Of a DNA stretch of 64,000 nt, positions 55,031 through 64,000 are shown one piece after another. Numbering within the stretch: the first letter of the stretch is position 1; each line of letters starts with the position of its first letter. The translations under genes and the position numbers were made by a program. Under the pieces are notes generated by a model. The model made no database searches. It was not told where the DNA came from and saw only the letters and a list, made by a program, of their open reading frames with translations. Source of the DNA: Eledone cirrhosa (taxonomy: Eukaryota); assembly GCA_964016885.1 (NCBI GenBank), contig OZ024750.1:52204001-52268000 (forward strand), read 5' to 3'.

Positions 55031-56070
55031 TCTCAGACAGATGCAGTTGCAGCGCAGTATAAACTTGTAGGTTGGTGTGTGAACAGATAACTTATCTAGT
55101 AAAGGTTTCAACACAGGGAAGGAAGGATTAAAGTGTTGAATGCCATATCACAGTTAACCTTTACCACATAATCAGGAATGAAACCAACAAACATAATTAT
55201 ATTTTCTATTAAATTCACAAGAAGAAAAAGTAAACATCTTAAAGGTTGGCGTGTTTGTGTCTGGATAACTTGACCAGAAAGTGTTATAACATGGAGAAGG
55301 AAGAATTATACAAAGTGTTTAATGCAGAATCTTACAGGTGGGATGTGACAGGTAATCGGCTCCAATTTAGCAACTGCCTGTTCAATCAATTCTCTAATAC
55401 TTGGCAGTTTGAATACAAAAATTCCAGTCCCACATATCCATAGCCTAACAGCTTGTAAAAGAAGTACTTTTTAGCTGTGTTTTATGTGTGAGGAAGGGGT
55501 GTGACTTAGTGGTTAGGATGTTCAGCTCATAATTGTAAGGTCATGGGTTTGATTGTGGTGCAGCATGTACTTTAGCAAAATATTTTATTTCAGGTTGCTT
55601 CAGTTCACTCTGGTAAAATATAAGTATTGAAAATTATATAAGGGTTCCATGCCAAAAAAGTTTGAAAAGCACTGAGTTAGATAAATGAAGCTTGCTAAAC
55701 TGATGATTACTTTGCCACATACCCTCTTCTCAACTTAAAGACATCATTGATAAGTGAAACTGTTCTGACTGAGGGTCGGGTAGTGAAATATCCCATGAGA
55801 AGTCTGCAGGAATGGAATGCCATAACTCTCACTACATATTCAGGAATCAAAACAGCAAGCAGCTTTGATTATATTTTCTATTAAATTCACAAGAGGACTA
55901 AACATCAAATTAGTGTAGAATACTTAAAATATTCGTGTTTTCAACTCCACCATGACCACCTCACCATACCATGTCTAATTTCAGCTTTATATTTGTGTCT
56001 GGGTTTTTTCTTTCTTTAATTTTTTAAGAAAGTTCTTAAATGTTTCTTTAGTCTCTCACAATTTACTTAA

Positions 56071-56915
56071 CCCTTTAGCATTCACATTGAATTGTCAAAT
56101 GTCATGTTCATCTATTCGCATTATTTTCACTTAATTATACTCAAGAGGGTTATCAATTTTATTTGTTTGTAATTACTTGAATTTTCTATGTGCACACTTG
56201 AAATTTTGTCAGTAGATGTTTAAATAACTATAATTTACAATTATATATTTTTACCTGATTTTTTTTTTTTTGTTAAATTTGACTTTTATGGGCAGGTGAA
56301 ATTAATTAACAGGTGTAAAAGTAATAACTTTATGGGTAAACACAAAAATTTAAACTTTATCTGCCTTATCTGTTAGATTTGTTGCAAAAAAATCCAATAA
56401 TGACCTAGATGCTGATTTCCATCAATTCTAGCAGTTTTCCGAACAGGTGAATTAATTAAAAATGCAGGTGTAATCAGTACAAGGTTTTAGTCTTTCTCTA
56501 CATTCCAGGCAAATATTTTCATTGAAAAAAATGTATAAAACCTTTTCACCAGTCAAAATAATATTGGTAATGTACTGTGTAAATTTACGTAACAGAATGT
56601 TCCCAATATATAAGTTTATACAGACTTTTAAATTTTTCTGACAATATTTCAATTAATGGGTCGTAGTTTGTACAGTGGGTCGTAATTCGATTCATTTCTA
56701 CCAGGGGCATTTGAAGTATCAACCAGATGCAAATACTGGTTTAATTTGATGAATCTCGTTTTTGCCATAATACTAGATATATAAGGGTCACCAAACCTTA
56801 TATCAGTACTCCAATAATTCCAGTCGTGGAAATTGTTTAATACCAAACATAATATTTATGGTAAAAAACGCTTTCATTTCGACAGAATCTGTCGGACGCC
56901 ATAACGGATCATGTT
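56071..56915 (-). mobile_element. piggyBac fragment, same family as 19737-21371
   Basis: TTAA CCCTTTAGCATTC terminus; subterminal region homologous to 20900-21371 inverted; NYWSTDIRFGDPYISSIMAKTRFIKLNQYLHL...DPLYKLRP. Confidence 0.85.
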
Positions 56916-56989
56916 ATTTTAATATAGATAGTCGTGTACAGATATTTTTGCATACACAAAAACAAAATATAAACAAACAAGGCTAACGA

Positions 56990-57561
56990 TGACATCAGTT
57001 AGTCTTAGTGTACTTCATACTGTTTTTAGGGAGAAAATCCCGTTAAGGGTGAAGCAGTGATTCTTTGCTTAAACTTTAATCTGTTATTTTAATAAATATT
57101 TGCTCTACGGTTCTTATATATTCGATATATACTTATCCTTATCGAGACCTCTTTGGATTTTAGTCTTCAAATTTATTATTATTACTATATATATATATGG
57201 GCGGTGGATTGGCAGTATAGGTAGAGGGTCGGACGCCATGCTTTCCAGCATAGTTACGTCCCTTTACGATCTGAGTTCAAATCCCGCCGAGGTTGACTTT
57301 GCCTTTCATCCTTACGGGGTCGATAAAATAAAGTACCAGTAATGCACTGGGTATTTGCTGGCCTTGTGCCTAAAGTAGAAACAATTATTACTATATATAT
57401 ATATATATATAATTATATATTCGTGTACAGATATTTTTGCATACACAATAACAAAATATAAACAAACGTATTTATTTCACGAGGCTCGATAAGGATAAAT
57501 ATATATCAAATATATAAGAACCCTAGAGCAAATTCCGAGCAACGCTGGGCCATTCTGCTAA
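56990..57561 (+). mobile_element. Rearranged Helitron-like fragment containing a SINE insertion
   Basis: 3' end CCGAGCAACGCTGGGCCATTCTGCTAAT; internal blocks recur inverted at 58222-58305 and 59744-59810. Confidence 0.5.
57199..57384 (+). mobile_element. tRNA-derived SINE, family A (full length, with TSD)
   Basis: A-box-like TGGCAGTATAGG and B-box GAGTTCAAATCC; flanked by ATTATTACTATATATATATAT direct repeats. Confidence 0.9.
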
Positions 57562-57889
57562 TCTCTCATAAAACAGAGAAATTCTAGGCACAAACCAAAG
57601 CATTTTTTTTAAATGGGACTTCTTGATAAATGACGTTGCATGTGTGTGTGTCTTGCTAACAGGGACCTCTCCGTTAAAAACGACTGATGATTTACCAACC
57701 AAAATGTGTGTGTGTGTGTATTATATATATATATATATATGTGTATGTATGTATGTATGTATGTATGTATATAGTTTTAACAATAGTAATAAATGGAAAA
57801 TATCACTGTAGCATCATATTTATTTTATTATATACTGGCGTTGCTTGGGATTCTAAACATAGATTGGCATGTTTATCCCTCCTATATTG

Positions 57890-58221
57890 GAGGCACATGG
57901 CTTAGTGGTTAGAGCATTGGCTTAGCAATCAGAAGGTTGTGAGTTCAATACTCAGACCAGGTGATGTGTTGTTTCCTTGAGCAAGACACTTTATTTCATA
58001 TTGCTCCAGTTTATTCAGCTGTAGAAATGAGATGATAGAGACTGGGGTCCTTATCATTCCACAGCAAAGTGGTCGTGGAGGGGCGACGGCAAAAAAGCAC
58101 CCAGCACTCACTGTAAATGAGGTTGGTGTTAGGAAGGGCATCCAGCTGTAGAAATTAAGCCAGAATCAGTTCCCGTCCCACCCTTGCAAGCAGGGAAAAG
58201 TGGACGTAAAATGACGATGAT
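57890..58221 (+). mobile_element. Family B SINE: tRNA head, conserved core and RTE tail
   Basis: TGGCTTAGTGGTTAGAGC...GAGTTCAATACTC head, CCTTGAGCAAGACACTT core, GTTAGGAAGGGCATCCAGCTGTAGAAA...GACGATGAT tail. Confidence 0.9.
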
Positions 58222-58520
58222 ATTTATCCTTATTGACCCTCACGAAATAAATACGTTTGTTTATATTTTTTTTATTGTGTATGCAAAAATATCTGTACAC
58301 GAATATGTAATTTTATATATATATATATGTATACAGACGTACAGTAGTGTGTATATACATTCATACATGCACACACATATGTGTGTGTGTGTGTTTACCG
58401 AACATTTATTATAATGCTTGGTTTGTTTGTAAACAAACAGACCTAATTATTAGTTGCACAGTGTTCGGCAACCATCGTTTCCCTTTTGTTCAACACTGAC
58501 AAATATATATATATATATAT

Positions 58521-59744
58521 TAGACTAAAGTCCTAGTTTGTAGAAAGGAAAATAAGGCACAGGTGCGCTCAGGTAAATGTCCTTGCTCAATGTGTAGGAA
58601 AGGAGTAGGCAGAAATTCCATTTTATGTCCCAAATGCAAAGTATGGGTACATAAAAGATGTAGTGGGATCACAGGTAAACTATCTAAGAACGTAGACTTT
58701 ATATGTAGCCAATGCTCAGGTGCAATAGGTAGCAAGTGTCCACAGGATACTAGCCCTTCTATTGCCCAGATGGTTCTATAGAAATAGTAGACACTTTCCG
58801 TTACCTGGGTGACGAAATCAGCAGTGGAGGGTGTTCTGAAAGTACAGTAGCCAGTCAGAACGGGATGGAAAAGGTTCAGAGAGCTTATACTGCTGTTGGC
58901 CACAAAAGGTTTCTCTCTAAAAATGAAAGGCAGATTGTATGATGCTTGTATACGAACAGCAATGCTACATGGAAGTGAGACATGGGCATTGCGTGCAGAG
59001 GACCTGCGCAGACTGGAAAGGAACGAAGCATGCATGCTCCGTTGGATGTGTAATAGTAATATACGTGAACGGCAAAGCATAAATGAACTAAGTGAGAAAT
59101 TAGGAATAAAAGGGATCAGATGCTGTTTACTCGAGAGAAGACTACGTTGGTATGGCCACGTGATGCGCATGAAAAACGACAGCTGTATAAAACAGTGCAG
59201 GATGATCAAAAACCTGGGACGATCTGATAAATTCCGACCTTACACACTTGCACCTCTCTAAGACAATGTCACTGGACCAGGATCTTTGGCGCTACGCAGT
59301 AATACAGAAGACCCGCCTTGCCTATGTACAAAGCGAAAGCTACAGTCAGTAGGCACCTCTTAACCAAATATACACCCCAATCCACTACCCCTACCCTATC
59401 CTCCCACTCTCACCAACACCACCCTCTCTCTATAAAGTTGGTACCACAACATCCAGTCCAAATAAATGAGATAAATGAGATTGAGATCGTGTAGGTGTCA
59501 CGAGAAAAAAAACACAGTCCACGCTGTAATGTGGCCGTGTAGGTAACACGGTAAAAAGTTCCCAGTTCCACACTGTAAATGTGGTTGGTGTTAGGAAGGG
59601 CATCCAGCCGTATAAAACCTGCCAGATAGTCCTATATGAGCGAGACATGGTCACCTGACCAACCTTGCCTCAAGTGGGACAACTCCCGTCTAACCCATGC
59701 TAGCGTGGAAAATGGACGTTAAACGAAGATGATGAGATGATGAT
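58521..59744 (+). mobile_element. 5'-truncated RTE LINE with full 3' UTR
   Basis: CSMCRKGVGRNSILCPKCKVWVHKRC, MLHGSETW and RRLRWYGHVMRMK; (GAT)n tail; begins in a (TA)n tract. Confidence 0.93.
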
Positions 59745-59866
59745 TAAAATAACAGATTAAAGTTTAAGCAAAGAATCGCTGGTTTCACCCTTAACGGGAT
59801 CTTCTAAAACTAAAAAAAAATCAATCTGTTAACGCAGAAGTAAATATTTTGAAAAACGTTACACAC

Positions 59867-59908
<42 letters not shown>

Positions 59909-60476
59909 TAAATGTGGTTGGTGTTAGGAAGGGCATCCAGCTGTAGAAAACCCGCCAGACAGTCCTATGCGAGCAAGACAATCACTCTTGCCTCAAGTGG
60001 GAAAAGCCCCGTCCAAACCCATGCAAGCGTGGAATACGGTCGTTAAACGATGATGATGACACACGCACACGTCGTAATGCAGGCAGCCAGACATACAGAC
60101 AGACATAATTTGCTCAAAACACTCACAGGACCATAAGTATTATGTGTGTAAAGTTTGAAAACAATCGGTTGGGTGGTTCTCGAGTTTTAGTGATCGGACA
60201 GACAGACATTCTCTGTTTTAGATATTTCAAGGATACTAAATTGTATGTTTTCATCAGTTAAAATACAATATTTGATGTATAAGATAGTGACATACCCAAA
60301 GTATAAACCAATAATATAATACTCCAGATAAATTTTTTACTGTAGAGTGCTTTCATATCTGTTATGAACATAACCCTTTTGAATACTCAACAAAGCATAT
60401 AACTCATTGTTTATGTGTGTGTGTGTGTGTGTGAAAAATAAATAAATCAAATATTTACAATTTGACTTCGTTTATT

Positions 60477-60531
60477 ACTGCTATATATATTTCGGTGACA
60501 GCGATCTTTGGCTGTGACCTCTTCAGGCAGT
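60477..60531 (-). ncRNA. Minimal type I hammerhead ribozyme motif (Penelope-like pLTR type)
   Basis: Minus strand: ACTGC CTGAAGA GGTCACAGC CAAAGATC GCTGTCACC GAAA TATATA TA GCAGT AATAAA; stem I 5/5, stem II 8/9, full catalytic core. Confidence 0.8.
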
Positions 60532-61694
60532 TTGAATTAGTGTGGTAGAGACAGGTACACTTGTTGTTGGGGTGTTTAACTCCGTCAATACTGCGATATG
60601 TCCAGTTCCTGGTTAGGTTGTTATTTCTCTGAGGAACTGGAATCATATATATATATACATACACACGCAGAGGATGGTCTTTCAAATAAAACACCATTTT
60701 TTTTAAAATGGGGCGTTGTTGGTAAAAAGTGTTGGGTGGGAGGGAGGGTGATCTCTGATTTATTGACTCTGGTGTCAGAAAATATGGTACTCCATCACTA
60801 CCACTACTACCTCCTTTGAGGGGGGGGGGGGGGCGAACTAGCTTCCTTTTTCCTTGTTTCTACTTCACTTTCTACCCCTACCACCTCTGCCAAAGGTATG
60901 TATTACTGAGGTTACAAAATAAATAGTTAGCTGTTGAAAAATAGACTTGCATATTTGGCATTCTGTAACAAAGAGAGAATCACATAATGGTGTGGTGGTG
61001 GGGAAGATAGAGGTAAGGGTGGGGACTGCAGTTTAACACTTTCAGATATTGTGTAGTTCTTCTAGTTTCTGGTAATCTTTCTTATTGAATAGCTGCTGAT
61101 CAGAGAAGCTGAATGTTTTGTTATTATTGGTGTGTGAAGCAACTAGTTGCCCTTCCTAATGACAACCACTGTGTGTTGGCTACATTTTATTGTAACACCA
61201 GCACTTCCACATACAGTGTGTATTGCATGCATTTTAGCATTGCACCAGCACTACCACTTTACACATAGTGTACTAGATGCACTTTATCATATCACTATAA
61301 CTGTATTGTATGAAAACTTAGTCTTTAATTTACTATAAATCTTTACAGGGATCTGTCCACTAATATACTATAAACAATTAACAAACCCACTTTTAGATTT
61401 TCTGCTAAATCTTCACAAGATGTTAGAAATTTTATTTTTTATCCTCATTGCATTTTCTTTTCTTATTAACTTGTAACCTGTATAACTGTGAAACTGTCCC
61501 TGGGTCTTTGATACAAAGCTGTTTATTTTAACTTTGTCAATATCATACTTCAAATAAAAGACACTGCTTACAATTTTGAAACAATTTGTTATTTGATCAA
61601 GAATTTGGAGGGATATAATAATAAAGCTAAATTTCTCATTAAGTTGATGTTTGGAACATAAATTAGCAAACAATTAATAAACAATTCTGATGAA

Positions 61695-61725
<31 letters not shown>

Positions 61726-61729
<4 letters not shown>

Positions 61730-62346
61730 ATCAGATGTTGTTTACTCTAGAGAAGGCTACGTTGGTATGGTCACGTGATGCGCATGAACGACGACAGCTG
61801 TATAACAAAGTGCAGGGCAATAAAGATAGATGGTAGCCACGGAGTAGGCAGACCCAGGAAAACCTGGGACGAGCTGATAAATTCCGACCTCACACACTTA
61901 CACCTCTCCATGACAATGTCACTGGACCGAGACCTTTGACGGTACTCAGTAACAGAGAAGACCCGCCTTACCTAAATACAAAGTAAAACCTACTAGTCAG
62001 TAGGCATCTCTAACAAAATTCACCCCCGTCCCACCCCATCCACACCGCCCCCTTCAATGCAAAGTTATGTTGGTGCCACAACATCCAGGCCGAAACAAAC
62101 GAGATCGTGTAGGTGTCACGACAAAAAAACACAGTCCACGCTGTAATGTGACCGTGTAGGCAACACGGTAAAAACCTCCCAGCCCCACACTGTAAATGTG
62201 GTTGGTGTTAGGAAGGGCATCCAGCTGTAGAAAACCCGCCAGACAGTCCTATGCGAGCAAGACAACCACTCTTGCCTCAAGTGGGAAAACCCCCGTCCAA
62301 ACCCATGCAAGCGTGGAACAGGGACGTTAAACGATGATGATGATGA
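61726..62346 (+). mobile_element. Short 5'-truncated RTE LINE inserted in a (TA)n tract within a MITE
   Basis: Closely matches the reverse complement of 46231-46980; (TA)n on both sides; flanks rejoin as the MITE motif GAAGGTTT...ATAAACACTTTAAAA. Confidence 0.9.
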
Positions 62347-62907
62347 TATATATATATATAAACACTTTAAAATACAGTTTTTATCTTTTGCCATCAAAAA
62401 GGTTAAACTATTAGAAACATAGTGATTTGTATTTGAAAGTTTAACACTTTCATACATTTTAACTCTGGTATTCCTTATGAGTAAGTTGTCGCTGAGAGAT
62501 GATGAATGTTTTGTAATCACTATTTTCTTCTTATTGTTGTTGTTGATTACATTGTATATTTATAGTCTGCTGTTTTATCTACAGACTCCAAATAATGACA
62601 TTTTTAACCCTCTTGATTCCAAACAACCTGACACCACCCCTGCTTCTCTAATACACAGCTTATTATTCCCACCATTTTTACATACACTCCCTCCTCCCAT
62701 TTCTGCATGGTTTAGACAAAACCTCTCCAGTCCAGCAAAATATTTGGATAAAAACATTACTTCATAATTTTGTGTAAGAACATTTATTAAACTGCTCCAT
62801 ACACCAGCTTAAAAGTTTCTGATTTAAGCACAAGGCCAACAATTTGGGGAGAGGGGGAAAGTCGATTAAACTCAGAACATAAAGGGCTATAATTATATGC
62901 TGCAAAG

Positions 62908-63091
62908 GGCGGTGGATTGGCAGTATCGGTAGAGGGTCGGACGCCATGCTTTGCAGCACAGTTACGTCCCTTTACGGATTGCGTTCAAATCTCGCCGAGG
63001 TTAACTTTGCCTTTCATCCTTATGGGGTCGATAAAATAAAGTACCAGTAATACACTGGGATAATTGCTGGCCTTGTGCCAACAGTAGAAAC
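62908..63091 (+). mobile_element. tRNA-derived SINE, family A, with 17-bp TSD
   Basis: AATTATATGCTGCAAAG at 62891-62907 and 63092-63108; inserted into an older antisense copy of the same family. Confidence 0.92.
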
Positions 63092-63649
63092 AATTATATG
63101 CTGCAAAGCATATTGTCCAATACTCAACCGATACTGCCAATCCACCAGCTTAATAATGAGAGTTTATTATGTTACTAAATCTTTCAAAATTCTTGATTTG
63201 AAAATATGATGCAGCCATTTTTCTTGTGTGCAGAATGGTTAAGCCATAATTCTAAAAACTTCACATCACTGTTTAGAAATATCCCACCTTGTTACCTATG
63301 AGCTGCTTATTTTGAAGGGTTTATATTTATCTAAAAACCTTCAATCATTATTTTATATATAAGAACCTTTGTTGTGTTCCAAACACCAGTTTAATAATGG
63401 GAAAGTTAGTTACTAAATTATAGCAAATTATGTTATTATTCAAAATAAGTATAGGAAGTGGATTATATTAGGAATATGGTAATGAAAGGGTTTCAAAAAA
63501 AGAATTGACTATATAAATGAACACATTCCAATAGCATCAGGTCAATTATACTTCTGTAATTTTAACCCAGGGATTTTTATTTCAAACAATAAATAAAATA
63601 CCATATTACTAAATATATATTGAGGTATATATTTCAGCCATTATTAGTT

Positions 63650-63999
63650 ATCAGTATGTTGGAAATATAAGAAGGGAGATATACCCCCCCCCCCCCCCCA
63701 AAAAAAACATTTTTTTTTCCTTTGGTTACTTTACACCTGTTTAAAATACTATATATATATATATATATATTATTTGTTTCTACTTTTGGCACAAGGCCAG
63801 CAAATATATCCCAGTGCATTACTGGTACTTTATTTTATCAGTAATGCACTGGGATAATTGCTGGCCTTGTGCCAAAAGTAGAAACAAATATTAATATATA
63901 TAGTATTTTAAACAGGTGTAAAGTAACCAAAGGAAAAAAGTTTTTTTGGGGGGGAGGGTGGGGGTTATCTTTCCCTTCTTATATTTCCAACATACTGAT
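63650..63999. repeat. Fold-back palindrome with ~160-175-bp arms and a 14-nt loop
   Basis: 63650-63824 is the reverse complement of 63839-63999 apart from homopolymer/TA length differences and a few substitutions. Confidence 0.93.
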
Positions 64000-64000
64000 T

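Noticed and set aside
55338-55351. 14-nt micro-exon of WDR77 (ttacag/...cag/gtaat)
   Set aside because: In the required phase 1 it reads GGT GGG ATG TGA, an immediate stop
57890-57962. tRNA gene
   Set aside because: A/B boxes are present but it runs into a SINE core and tail with no convincing acceptor stem; same for family A heads

Overview
AT-rich, repeat-saturated eukaryotic genomic DNA, not prokaryotic. The repeat landscape (huge TA/TATG satellites, tRNA-derived SINEs, RTE LINEs with (GAT)n tails, piggyBac relics) suggests an octopod cephalopod; this is inference. The only host gene I can support is WDR77/MEP50, with three in-phase + strand exons (19136-19321, 33888-34029, 34921-34970); the rest of the window is probably intronic. 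It holds a 200-N gap, multi-kb satellites, many RTE-clade LINE fragments, at least two SINE families, three decayed piggyBac elements plus MITEs and Helitron-like pieces. The most notable observations are: (i) several minimal type I hammerhead ribozyme motifs of the Penelope-like-element kind, best at 60477-60531 (-), 53762-53810 (-) and 17189-17312 (+); (ii) a 5S rRNA fragment fused to the RTE LINE 3' tail at 38004-38144, a candidate 5S-derived SINE; (iii) tandem arrays arising inside SINE/LINE 3' ends; and (iv) several fold-back palindromes. All very long ORFs in the supplied track are satellite artefacts. All alignments and folds were done by eye, and repeat boundaries are approximate.
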